Positions 1-9,605 of a stretch of 64,000 nt of DNA are shown here, one piece after another. The notes beneath the pieces were generated by a model that made no database searches, was not told the origin of the DNA, and saw only the letters and a program-made list of their open reading frames with translations. This stretch comes from an uncultured bacterium. Lineage in GTDB: Bacteria; Acidobacteriota; HRBIN11; JAKEFK01. Position 1 is the stretch's first letter; every line of letters starts with the position of its first letter. The translations under genes were made by a program, and so were the position numbers. Location of the stretch: positions 5,521-69,520 of the forward strand of contig CAWJJO010000004.1 in assembly GCA_963843285.1 (NCBI GenBank), given 5' to 3'.

Positions 1-372
1 TCCGCTGGAGGAGGCAAATGGTACAGCGATGCACTGCTAAGACTTCGCTCAGGGGATCGAATCTTCGCCTACATAAAAGGTGTAGGTTATGTTGGTTACG
101 GGGAAGTTACTTCCGAAAGCACCATGGCGAAGGATTTCAGAATCAACGATAGGCCATTATTGGGTTTACCGCTCAAAGTACCTGCGATCAGGCATGATGC
201 AGATAACCCTGAGTTATGTGAATGGGTCATCGGAGTGAAATGGGTGCTGAATTTCAATCGCGAAAAAGCACGGAAATTTCAAGGAATGTTTGCAAATCAA
301 AATATCGCTTGCAAGCTTCGCGATGAGCGCACGCTAACCTTTCTTAAGACCGAGTTTCAAGTTGATAAATAG
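1..372 (+). CDS. hypothetical protein, C-terminal part (ORF enters from upstream of window); possible PUA/EVE-like domain
   Basis: Frame 1 is open from nt 1 (SAGGGKWYSDALLRLRSGDRIFAYIKGVGYVGYGEVTSE...) and is in frame with ORF 124..372. The GD-x-IF-x-Y...G.G.GEV pattern resembles EVE/PUA-like beta-barrel proteins. Tentative. Confidence 0.35.
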   Translation, partial: SAGGGKWYSDALLRLRSGDRIFAYIKGVGYVGYGEVTSESTMAKDFRINDRPLLGLPLKVPAIRHDADNPELCEWVIGVKWVLNFNREKARKFQGMFANQNIACKLRDERTLTFLKTEFQVDK

Positions 373-600
373 CTAGAGTCTGATGGTAGTAGGTTAAAAT
401 TGGAAAACACAAGAATGAACCAAACCGTAAAACCGACATTCCTCATGGGTCGCGGGTCTCAACTCCTCGATTGCTTGAAACTTGGGGAAAAATTTTTTAG
501 AAGGCCTGCTTCACAAGTCGGACTCTTTCCGGGCTACATGAACGGCTTGATGATCCTCCTTGATTTACGGCTAAGGGAACGGTAACAATAAAAGAAGACT

Positions 601-3156
601 ATGCGAATTACGGATTATCACGCCAAGTATTTTGCATACGAGTTAACCAAACATTTCCCATCAGATTCGGTCGACAAGCTTGCTGCTGCTCTCGCCGCTG
701 CTGAAGTCGATCTGAATCCTCATCAAATCGACGCCGCGTTGTTCGCCTTCAAATCTCCACTTTCAAAAGGTGCTTTATTGGCCGACGAAGTCGGTCTTGG
801 CAAAACGATTGAAGCCGGGCTCGTGATTTCGCAAAAATGGGCAGAGCGCAAGCGTCATATTCTGGTTATCACTCCCTCGAACTTGCGCAAGCAATGGTAT
901 CAGGAGATGACCGAAAAATTCTTCCTACCTTGCCGGATCCTCGAGACGAAATCCTATAACGTATCTGTAAAAAACGGCCGATTGCAACCCTTCGATACTC
1001 CCGATATTGTGATCTGCTCGTATCAATTTGCAAGAAACAAACAAGACGACGTTCGGTCGACGTCATGGGATCTAGTGGTTATTGATGAAGCACACCGCCT
1101 ACGAAACGTTTACAAACCTTCAAATATCATCGCGAATACTTTAAAAACTGTCCTCCAGGGGAACAACAAACTGCTTTTGACTGCAACTCCCCTCCAAAAC
1201 TCACTTCTTGAGTTGTACGGGCTGGTGAGCTTCATCGACGAGCATACATTTGGGGATCTTAAGAGTTTCAGGGAACAATTCGCCAATCTCAATCAAGACC
1301 AGGTTTTCGAAACTCTAAAATCGCGGTTGAAGCCAGTGTGCCATAGGACGTTACGTCGGCAGGTCAAAGCGTACATCAACTACACAAACCGGTTACCGAT
1401 GCTGGAACACTTTACTCCGGAAGAGAGTGAGGATCGGCTTTACAATCTTGTTTCAGAGTATTTGCAGCGCGAAAATCTTCAAGCACTTCCAGTGAGCCAG
1501 CGGACTCTAATGACTCTTGTCCTGCGCAAATTGCTTGCGTCATCAACTTTCGCAATCGCAGGAGCCTTGAATTCCTTGTCCAAACGGCTGAAAGCGAAAT
1601 TAGGAAAGACGCGACCGCCGGAGACAGTCCCGGAGGAGTTACAACAGGATTACGAATCGCTAAACGACACTGCGGAGGAATGGGCGGAAGAAGAAGAGGC
1701 TCCGGCAATTACTGAAACCGACCGTAGCGCGATTCAGCTGGAAATTGCGGACCTTGAAGCTTTCATGAGCCTGGCTACTTCCATAGATCACAATGCAAAA
1801 GGTAACGCGCTGCTGAAGGCCCTCGGAATCGCCTTTGCCAAGGCAAACAAAATGGGGGCCGAACAGAAAGCCATTATCTTTACCGAATCTCGAAAGACTC
1901 AAGACTATCTTCTTCGTTTGCTTGCTGACAGCCCCTATTCTGAAGGTATTGTTCTTTTCAACGGCTCAAACAATGATAGTCGGTCGAAAGAGATTTATTC
2001 CAACTGGTCAAGTCGCTATCAAGGAACCGATCACATAACAGGTTCAAGGACGGCTGATATGCGGTCGGCGATCGTTGACTACTTCCGAGAAGAGGGTCGT
2101 ATCATGATCGCTACAGAGGCGGGAGCGGAGGGCATCAATCTTCAATTCTGTTCATTGGTTATTAATTACGATCTGCCATGGAATCCTCAACGAATAGAGC
2201 AGCGGATAGGCCGTTGTCATCGGTACGGACAAAAGCACGATGTCGTTGTTGTGAATTTTCTGAATGAGAAGAACGCCGCCGATAAAAGAGTCTACGAATT
2301 ACTGGAACAGAAATTTCAACTTTTTGAAGGTGTTTTCGGTGCTAGTGATGAAGTGCTTGGAGCTATAGAATCAGGCGTGGATTTTGAAAAGAGGATTGTT
2401 GCGATATATCAAAAATGCAGGAAAGCTGAGGAAATACAAGCGGCATTTGATCAGCTTCAACTGGAGTTGAGCTTCGAAATAAACGAATCCATGAAAAAGA
2501 CAAGACAAAAGCTGCTAGAGCATTTTGACGATGAAGTTCGGGAAAAACTAAGGGTTCGGGATGCGGATTCAAAAAATTCACTAAATCGGTTCGAGCGCTT
2601 TCTAATGGATCTCACGCGGCACGAGTTGCACGAATATGCTGATTTTTCGGAAGATTCAAGATTCTCGCTCAAAGAACAACCCTTTAAGGACCTCGCGACA
2701 GTTATTCCTTTAGGAATCTATCAGTTGCCACGACGTTCCGGGGAGGCACATACCTATCGACTGAATCATCCTCTCGCCGAAGCTGTGTTGCAGCAGGCCA
2801 AAAATCGTGAGTTATTACCGGCCGAGATCGAATTCATATACGCAGAGCATGAGGGCAAGATAAGTATTTTGGAACCTCTCATCGGGAAATCGGGCTGGCT
2901 GAGGATATCAATGCTGACGATCGATTCTCTCGATCAGTCTGAGGATTTTGTGATCTTTGCGGCACAGATGGATGATGGTCAGATACTGGAGCAGGACATT
3001 GCGGCACGCTTAATGACTTTACCCGGACATTGCCCTGACAACTCCGCAGTAGACTCACCAGCGTTTCTTGAGTCTCTTGTCGAGCACCGAAAAGCAACTA
3101 TTCAGCGGGATATTTCCGAGAAGGAATGCGAAATTCTTCGAATTAGAAGCCGATAA
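601..3156 (+). CDS. SNF2-family (Swi2/Snf2) DEAD/DEAH-box helicase
   Basis: 851-aa ORF with motif I LADEVGLGKTIEAG, motif II VIDEAHRLRN, motif VI QRIGRCHRYGQ and a helicase C-terminal domain. Its 3' end overlaps the next ORFs. Confidence 0.85.
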   Translation: MRITDYHAKYFAYELTKHFPSDSVDKLAAALAAAEVDLNPHQIDAALFAFKSPLSKGALLADEVGLGKTIEAGLVISQKWAERKRHILVITPSNLRKQWYQEMTEKFFLPCRILETKSYNVSVKNGRLQPFDTPDIVICSYQFARNKQDDVRSTSWDLVVIDEAHRLRNVYKPSNIIANTLKTVLQGNNKLLLTATPLQNSLLELYGLVSFIDEHTFGDLKSFREQFANLNQDQVFETLKSRLKPVCHRTLRRQVKAYINYTNRLPMLEHFTPEESEDRLYNLVSEYLQRENLQALPVSQRTLMTLVLRKLLASSTFAIAGALNSLSKRLKAKLGKTRPPETVPEELQQDYESLNDTAEEWAEEEEAPAITETDRSAIQLEIADLEAFMSLATSIDHNAKGNALLKALGIAFAKANKMGAEQKAIIFTESRKTQDYLLRLLADSPYSEGIVLFNGSNNDSRSKEIYSNWSSRYQGTDHITGSRTADMRSAIVDYFREEGRIMIATEAGAEGINLQFCSLVINYDLPWNPQRIEQRIGRCHRYGQKHDVVVVNFLNEKNAADKRVYELLEQKFQLFEGVFGASDEVLGAIESGVDFEKRIVAIYQKCRKAEEIQAAFDQLQLELSFEINESMKKTRQKLLEHFDDEVREKLRVRDADSKNSLNRFERFLMDLTRHELHEYADFSEDSRFSLKEQPFKDLATVIPLGIYQLPRRSGEAHTYRLNHPLAEAVLQQAKNRELLPAEIEFIYAEHEGKISILEPLIGKSGWLRISMLTIDSLDQSEDFVIFAAQMDDGQILEQDIAARLMTLPGHCPDNSAVDSPAFLESLVEHRKATIQRDISEKECEILRIRSR

Positions 3157-3457
3157 ACTGGATGGTTGGGCCGACGATCTAAAGATCGCCCTAGAGCGTG
3201 AAATAAAAGAACTTGATCGTCAAATCAAAGAAGCGCGGCGTGCGGCTACGGTAGGCGTGTCACTCGAAGAAAAGCTCGATGCCCAGAAGCAGATCAAGTC
3301 GTTGGAGTTTCAGCGTCACAACAAGCGAAAATCACTGTTCGATGCCCAGGATCAGGTGGATAAAAAGAGGGAGGAACTGATTGAGAGAATTGAAGCAAAG
3401 CTGCAGCAACGGACAGATTTAAAACCGCTGCTTACCGTCCGATGGCGAATTCGATGA
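3068..3457 (+). CDS. 129-aa coiled-coil ORF (TTG start), possibly the frameshifted C-terminal extension of the SNF2 helicase
   Basis: Frame-2 ORF overlapping the helicase 3' end by 89 nt and the next gene by 16 nt. Charged heptad-like sequence (IKELDRQIKEARRA...). The frame-1 helicase tail (ISEKECEILRIRSR) looks non-native. Confidence 0.35.
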   Translation: MSLLSSTEKQLFSGIFPRRNAKFFELEADKLDGWADDLKIALEREIKELDRQIKEARRAATVGVSLEEKLDAQKQIKSLEFQRHNKRKSLFDAQDQVDKKREELIERIEAKLQQRTDLKPLLTVRWRIR

Positions 3458-5268
3458 GTTCTGATCTTCCTATTGAGATTCAGCAACTCCGGCCATCCCT
3501 ACATGAGCTCTTTACTGGGAAGTTGCCTGAATCCACCTCTGGATCTGAGGAGGAAAAAGAAAGGAATTTTCTGAGTCGTGCGCTTGGCGCATATTCGATC
3601 CACAAACTGGCAGGGGCTTCAATAGAAGAGTCTGTCTCATCGGTTGTGGATGCAGGTGGAGACGGAGGCATCGATTGCATCTTTTACGCAGCAACATCAC
3701 AAACACTCTGGGTGGTCCAATCAAAGTTCATCGCGGACGGCCGTGGAGAACCATCCTTGGCAGATGTAACTAAATTCAAAACTGGCCTTGAAAATTTATT
3801 ACAAGGGAATTTCGCAGCCTTCAAAGACAACTCGTATTGGCAGAAAATAATTCCCCGGCTGGAAATAATATTCAAAGTTTCGTCATTACAAGTTCGCGCT
3901 GTTCTTATTTACTCCGGAACAGCTGTTGTTTCCAGCGATCGCCGGGCGCTGTTCCTCGAACTAAAACGTCGGTTCTCTCCGGAATCAGATTATTTCGGAC
4001 ATCAGACGTATAATCTTACCAGCGTTCACGATTGGATAACGGGGACCGATCAGGGGCCCGGCGTCGAAAAACTCGAGTTGGTTCTGATTAAGCCCGGTTG
4101 GGTGACGGGTCCCTATGAGACAGTATTCGGGTTGGTGTCACTGACTGATCTTGCTAGACTTTATGGGCAATACGGGAAGCGATTGATTGCCGCAAATATT
4201 CGAGGATTCAGAGGAACAACGGATGTTAACCTTGAAATAATAACTACGGCAAAAGATGAACCAGCAAATTTCTTTTACCTTAACAACGGGCTTACAGCAT
4301 ACTGTGAGCGCCTTGAGGTTCATAACCTTGACAGAGCAAACGCCGAGTCGAAAAGAGTGACAGCTTATGCTCTGTCAATCGTTAACGGTGCTCAAACCCT
4401 AGGTTCAGTGGGTGAGGCCCTAGCACCAACCAACATCGGACACGACGGCTTTGTGTTTCTAAAGATAATTTCATTGGAGCGTTGCGACAATGATCGTGAA
4501 TTCGCCGGTCGAATTACTCGAAGCACGAATTTTCAGAATCAAATCGGTCCGAAAGATTTCGCAGCGCAACAGCCCGAACAAGAACATATCGCGAAGCAAC
4601 TCAGACTTTCCGGGATTACATATCACTACAAACCTGCCGAAGATGTTCCATCGCCAGATGCGACCAATTTCACAATGGATGAAGCAACTACAGCGGGCGC
4701 ATGCCTTACACAGCAGAACGATTGTGATTTGTATGCCCGAGCTTTGGCGAACAGGCAATCTCTTTTATCGATGGATGAGATTTTTCCGGAAGAACCGTTT
4801 CGATCCAGATATTCGCGAGTGTTCGTTTTTGATCGATCTGGGCGTACAGTTTGGAGAGCTGTGCAAACGCAAAGGCTGGTGATCAGAACAATGCAGGACA
4901 GCGGCAGTGCGAGCACAGGCGTACGAAAAACCTTTTTTGAAAACGCTCGCTGGCTCGTACTGAACGCGGTATATCTGAAGCTACGCCCTGAGCAGGGCGA
5001 CACGCTGGGCCTTACTCCGGACGAAGAGGTTGCAATCACAAAAGCAGCGCTCGATTTTGCCGAAATGCTGTTTTCAGCGTCCGAAGCTAAAGGATTTGTT
5101 TCACGCCGCACTGATACGGCAAGCGGAATGGATGTTTATGAACAGCCTCGCCACTTCCGGTCAGTTTTTGCGACATCAGCTGACTGTCAAATTCTACGTA
5201 ACGAACTGCTAAAAAGAATTAATGAAGGAAGTTCCCCTGCTTCGGAATCAACAACTGTCACTATTTGA
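3442..5268 (+). CDS. AIPR-like abortive-infection-type protein with N-terminal Mrr-cat PD-(D/E)xK motif
   Basis: 608 aa. GGDGGIDCIF...VVQSKF matches the Mrr catalytic signature D-GGID...QxK. The AIPR family assignment is from memory, not searched. Confidence 0.5.
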   Translation: MANSMSSDLPIEIQQLRPSLHELFTGKLPESTSGSEEEKERNFLSRALGAYSIHKLAGASIEESVSSVVDAGGDGGIDCIFYAATSQTLWVVQSKFIADGRGEPSLADVTKFKTGLENLLQGNFAAFKDNSYWQKIIPRLEIIFKVSSLQVRAVLIYSGTAVVSSDRRALFLELKRRFSPESDYFGHQTYNLTSVHDWITGTDQGPGVEKLELVLIKPGWVTGPYETVFGLVSLTDLARLYGQYGKRLIAANIRGFRGTTDVNLEIITTAKDEPANFFYLNNGLTAYCERLEVHNLDRANAESKRVTAYALSIVNGAQTLGSVGEALAPTNIGHDGFVFLKIISLERCDNDREFAGRITRSTNFQNQIGPKDFAAQQPEQEHIAKQLRLSGITYHYKPAEDVPSPDATNFTMDEATTAGACLTQQNDCDLYARALANRQSLLSMDEIFPEEPFRSRYSRVFVFDRSGRTVWRAVQTQRLVIRTMQDSGSASTGVRKTFFENARWLVLNAVYLKLRPEQGDTLGLTPDEEVAITKAALDFAEMLFSASEAKGFVSRRTDTASGMDVYEQPRHFRSVFATSADCQILRNELLKRINEGSSPASESTTVTI

Positions 5269-5270
5269 AT

Positions 5271-6920
5271 ATGTCATCTCTAAAAAAGCAAAAGCTCGAA
5301 TTGACCTGGATCGGCAAAGAAAATCGACCAAAGCTTGAGCCTCGTATCTTACTAGAAGATCCAGAGAAGTCCTACCATGCAAAACATAGAGTGAACAACG
5401 GGGACTTATTCGACAATCGACTTATCTTTGGCGACAACTTGCTTGCTCTCAAGGCTTTGGAACAGGAATTTTCCGGTAGAATTAAATGCATTTACATCGA
5501 CCCTCCTTATAATACAGGAAGTGCTTTCGAACATTACGATGACGGCGTGGAACATTCACTATGGCTTGCCTTAATGCGAGACCGACTAGAAATTCTCAGA
5601 AGGTTGCTTTCATATGAGGGTTCACTATGGATTAATCTAGACGATAACGAGGCGCATTACTGCAAAGTAATCTGCGACGAAATATTCGGTAGGGACAATT
5701 TTCTTGGGAATGTAGTTTGGGAAAAAACTGATAGCCCGCGAATGGATGCGGAATTCTTCTCTATTCGCCATGATCATATAATCGTTTATGGCAAAGATCG
5801 ATCAAGGACATCTTGGAACAGGTTGGTAACAGACACCTTACCAGCTCATTACGACAAAACAGATGAATTCGGCCGCAGGTACTACCTAAAACCATTAAGA
5901 GCCATGGGCGGTCAAGGCGACAGCCGCTCTGCACGTCCAACACTGTATTTTCCATTAGTCGCCCCTGATGGGTCACAAGTATACCCGAAACGTCAAGATG
6001 GGACCGATGGGGCCTGGCGGTGGACTGCTAAGAAGATCGAGGACGAACACTTACGAATCGAATGGGTTCACGGTAGAAACGGGTGGACACCGTATTTCCG
6101 CATTTTCGCTGACTCTAGTATAGGAAGACCAGCGGAAACCATCTGGTCACATAGTGAGGTTGGAAGCAATCGCACTTCAAAAGCCGAGATCAAACGACTA
6201 TTCCCAGATATGATTCCATTTGCGACTCCAAAGCCCGAAAAGCTGTTGCGGCGGATATTGACCATAGCATCAAATCCTGGTGACTGGATTTTGGACTCAT
6301 TCGCGGGATCCGGGACCACAGGTGCAGTTGCGCACAAAATGAATCGACATTGGATTATGGTTGAGTTGGGAGATCATTGCCATACACATATTATCCCACG
6401 CCTTATGAAGGTAATCGAGAATCAAGACTCCGGAGGAATAAGCAAAGATGTGGATTGGAAAGGAGGCGGAGGTTTTCGGTACTATCGACTCGCTCCTTCC
6501 CTGCTTGAGAAGGATAAGTGGGGGAATTGGGTCATCAACAAACAGTATAACGCTACGATGCTGTCCGAGGCATTGTGTAAGCTGGAGGGATTTCAATATG
6601 CACCGAGCGACACAATCTATTGGCAACACGGATATTCCACTGAGCAAGATTTTATCTACATTACTACGGCGAATCTAAGTCACGAACAGCTCATGCAGTT
6701 AAGTGAAGAAGTGGGGCCTCAGCGCACACTGTTGGTTCTTTGCACGGCATTCCGCGGAAGGGGGGAATATCCAAATTTGACTGTTAAAAAAATTCCGAAG
6801 CAGGTCCTATCACGTTGCGAATGGGGGCATGATGACTATAGCCTTCGCGTAGAGAATCTTCCAAAAGCCCCCGCCGGACCTGGACAACAGGATCTTTTCG
6901 CTGAAGCGGGAAACCAATGA
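5271..6920 (+). CDS. mod: Type III-like R-M DNA methyltransferase (Mod), beta-class N6A/N4C MTase
   Basis: Motif IV IYIDPPYNTG lies near the N-terminus and motif I FAGSGTTGAVA ~270 aa downstream (beta order, TRD between). ATG at 5271 (ORF track used TTG 5265). Stop overlaps the res start. Confidence 0.8.
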   Translation: MSSLKKQKLELTWIGKENRPKLEPRILLEDPEKSYHAKHRVNNGDLFDNRLIFGDNLLALKALEQEFSGRIKCIYIDPPYNTGSAFEHYDDGVEHSLWLALMRDRLEILRRLLSYEGSLWINLDDNEAHYCKVICDEIFGRDNFLGNVVWEKTDSPRMDAEFFSIRHDHIIVYGKDRSRTSWNRLVTDTLPAHYDKTDEFGRRYYLKPLRAMGGQGDSRSARPTLYFPLVAPDGSQVYPKRQDGTDGAWRWTAKKIEDEHLRIEWVHGRNGWTPYFRIFADSSIGRPAETIWSHSEVGSNRTSKAEIKRLFPDMIPFATPKPEKLLRRILTIASNPGDWILDSFAGSGTTGAVAHKMNRHWIMVELGDHCHTHIIPRLMKVIENQDSGGISKDVDWKGGGGFRYYRLAPSLLEKDKWGNWVINKQYNATMLSEALCKLEGFQYAPSDTIYWQHGYSTEQDFIYITTANLSHEQLMQLSEEVGPQRTLLVLCTAFRGRGEYPNLTVKKIPKQVLSRCEWGHDDYSLRVENLPKAPAGPGQQDLFAEAGNQ

Positions 6921-9604
6921 ATCGGGAAGTCAACCCGATTTCAGGACGATTGAGCCTTCGCCCCCCACAAAGACGATCTCTGGAAATTCTTGATCGGATC
7001 ATCGAGATTTTTCCGCCCAAAAAGAATTCCGACATGAAATTGGCTCTTGAAATTATTCGGTCTGAATTCCCTTCTGTTACCGATTTTGAAAGAGATTTTC
7101 CATCTTTATGCTTTGCGCTGGCAACGGGAGTAGGTAAAACGAGATTGATGGGCGCCTTCATCAGCTATCTCTATCTTGCCCATGGATTTCGGAATTTCTT
7201 TGTAATGGCGCCGAATCTCACGATCTACAACAAATTGATCACAGATTTTACGCCAAACACACACAAGTATGTTTTCAAAGGGATAGCCGAGTTCGCAACA
7301 GACCCGCCTGCGTTGATCACTGGAGACAATTATGAATCGATGGCCGGATCCTTTGATTACGAATTAAGGCTTTGCCGAATCAACATCTTCAACATTTCCA
7401 AAATTAATTCTGAGGTGCGCGGAGGAAAGTCTCCGCGAATCAAAAGGCTTTCTGAATACATTGGACAAAGCTATTTTGATTTTCTAGCACAGCTTGACGA
7501 TTTGGTTCTTATTATGGATGAATCTCATCGATATAGAGCGACTGCCGGCATACGTGCAATCAACGAGCTTAGACCAGCCCTAGGCCTCGAGCTGACGGCA
7601 ACACCATTTGTTGAAACTGCACGGGGCGCAATCGCGTTTAAAAATGTTATTTACGACTACCCTTTAGCCAGGGCAATGGCTGATGGATTCGTTAAAGAAC
7701 CTGCCGTAGTTACGCGAAAAGATTTCAACGTTGGTGACATGTCGGCAGAGAAATTGGAACGAATAAAGCTTGAAGACGGTATTCGCCTACATGAAAGCGT
7801 CAAGGTCGAGCTGGAGACATTCGCAAGAGAAACGAGCAATCCCGTAGTAAAACCGTTTTTACTCGTGATCGCCCGTGATACAACACATGCTTCACAACTG
7901 TTGCAGATGATACAGTCTGACAAATTTTTCGAAGGCCGTTACAGGGAGATGGTCATCCAGGTTGATTCAAGCAAGACAGGGGCTGAGGAAGAACTAATGA
8001 TTGAGCGCCTTTTAAAGGTCGAGCATAACGACGATCCGACAGAAATCGTTATCCATGTCAATATGCTAAAGGAAGGCTGGGACGTCACAAATCTGTACAC
8101 CATTGTTCCTCTTCGACCGGCAAATGCCAGAATCCTGATTGAGCAATCCATTGGCCGTGGTTTACGCCTGCCCTTTGGAAAACGGACCGGTGTAAACTCC
8201 ATTGATCGCTTAAACATCGTCGCGCACGATCGCTTCCAGGAAATCATCGATGAAGCCAGAAAACCCGACTCTGCTATTCGCCTCCAAGCTCTGGTGATCG
8301 ATAAAGAGGAGCTAGAACGAAAACATGTGACACTAATTACGCAGACTAAGCTGGCGAATAAACTCGGAATAATCCCCGATCAACTAAGCGACACGAGCGT
8401 CGTGATTGGAAAAAATACTGCTCCCATTTTTGAGAACGAGGAAGAACAGAAGGTTGCTCAAATTACCTATGAAGTAATTCGAAAGTTGGAAAATCGTCCG
8501 GAAATAATACCGTCTCTTTCTGACTTACAAAAACCTGAGATTCAGGCCGCGTTGGTCAAGGCCGTTGAAGAGAAATACCAGCCATCCCAACTGGAGCTTG
8601 AAGAAAAGCCGCGGAAGATCGACATTGCCGCTGTAGTCGCCCGAACCTCGGAGACAATAATGCGGGAAACGATCAACATTCCACGCATTCTGGTTGTACC
8701 AAAGGGAGAAGTCAGATCCGGATTCAAGTCTTTTCAACTTAGGCTCGAGTCGTTGCGCTATCCCGCTGTTTCCGAAGAACTCTGGGTACAGTATTTACGA
8801 ACCGGAGGGACTGAGGTTGTGGCAATCGGAAAGTCGATCACGGAAGAGTTACGGCTTGAAGATTACATAGTGAGTGGACTGGTTGATTTCGATGATATCT
8901 CCTACGACCAGCATTCCGATTTACTCTACGAACTTGCAGCTCAAGCCGTTAACCACTTCATGAGTTATCTATCGGAAGAAGAAACACGCAAAGTCTTGAG
9001 CTGTCATCAGCGAGAAATCGCAAAGTTTATTCATGCGCAGATGCAAGAACATTACTGGGAGGAAGCGGTTGATTATGAAGTAAAGGTGAGTAAAGGCTAC
9101 ACAGAGTTGAAAGCGAGCGCATTTACAAGCTCCGTGAACGAAACACCGCTTGAATATACTTCCTCACCAGAAGACAAAAGTAACATGTCAAAATACCTAT
9201 TCGTCGGGTTTAAGCGATGCCTATACCTTCTTCAAAAGTTTGATTCGGATTCCGAACGAAAATTAGCGGTTATTCTGGATCGTGACAGTCTCAAATGGTT
9301 CAGACCTGCAAAAGGGCAGTTCCAAATTTTCTATCGACACGGATCCGACCATCTCGAATACCAGCCGGATTTCGTTGCTGAGACGCGCGATGCAATTTAC
9401 ATGTTAGAGGCAAAAGCACGGAATGAGATGGAAGACGCCGTGGTTCTGGCAAAAAAGAATGCAGCCGTCAAGTGGTGTAGAAACGCCACAGAGTATGCCG
9501 CGAATTCTGGAAGCAAACCTTGGAAATACGTGCTAATTCCACATGATGGAATATCTGAAAATAACACACTGAATTCCTTAGAAAAAAGATTCAGCGCCAC
9601 GTAA
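6917..9604 (+). CDS. res: Type III restriction enzyme Res subunit (SF2 helicase + C-terminal PD-ExK nuclease)
   Basis: 895 aa. Walker A ALATGVGKTR, DEAH-like IMDESHRY, C-terminal YQPDFVAETRDAIYMLEAKA (PD...EAK). ATGA overlap with mod. Confidence 0.8.
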   Translation: MNREVNPISGRLSLRPPQRRSLEILDRIIEIFPPKKNSDMKLALEIIRSEFPSVTDFERDFPSLCFALATGVGKTRLMGAFISYLYLAHGFRNFFVMAPNLTIYNKLITDFTPNTHKYVFKGIAEFATDPPALITGDNYESMAGSFDYELRLCRINIFNISKINSEVRGGKSPRIKRLSEYIGQSYFDFLAQLDDLVLIMDESHRYRATAGIRAINELRPALGLELTATPFVETARGAIAFKNVIYDYPLARAMADGFVKEPAVVTRKDFNVGDMSAEKLERIKLEDGIRLHESVKVELETFARETSNPVVKPFLLVIARDTTHASQLLQMIQSDKFFEGRYREMVIQVDSSKTGAEEELMIERLLKVEHNDDPTEIVIHVNMLKEGWDVTNLYTIVPLRPANARILIEQSIGRGLRLPFGKRTGVNSIDRLNIVAHDRFQEIIDEARKPDSAIRLQALVIDKEELERKHVTLITQTKLANKLGIIPDQLSDTSVVIGKNTAPIFENEEEQKVAQITYEVIRKLENRPEIIPSLSDLQKPEIQAALVKAVEEKYQPSQLELEEKPRKIDIAAVVARTSETIMRETINIPRILVVPKGEVRSGFKSFQLRLESLRYPAVSEELWVQYLRTGGTEVVAIGKSITEELRLEDYIVSGLVDFDDISYDQHSDLLYELAAQAVNHFMSYLSEEETRKVLSCHQREIAKFIHAQMQEHYWEEAVDYEVKVSKGYTELKASAFTSSVNETPLEYTSSPEDKSNMSKYLFVGFKRCLYLLQKFDSDSERKLAVILDRDSLKWFRPAKGQFQIFYRHGSDHLEYQPDFVAETRDAIYMLEAKARNEMEDAVVLAKKNAAVKWCRNATEYAANSGSKPWKYVLIPHDGISENNTLNSLEKRFSAT

Positions 9605-9605
9605 C

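Noticed and set aside
400-585. 61-aa ORF between the partial first gene and the SNF2 helicase
   Set aside because: Short, no RBS-like context or motif. More likely the helicase 5' UTR/promoter region.
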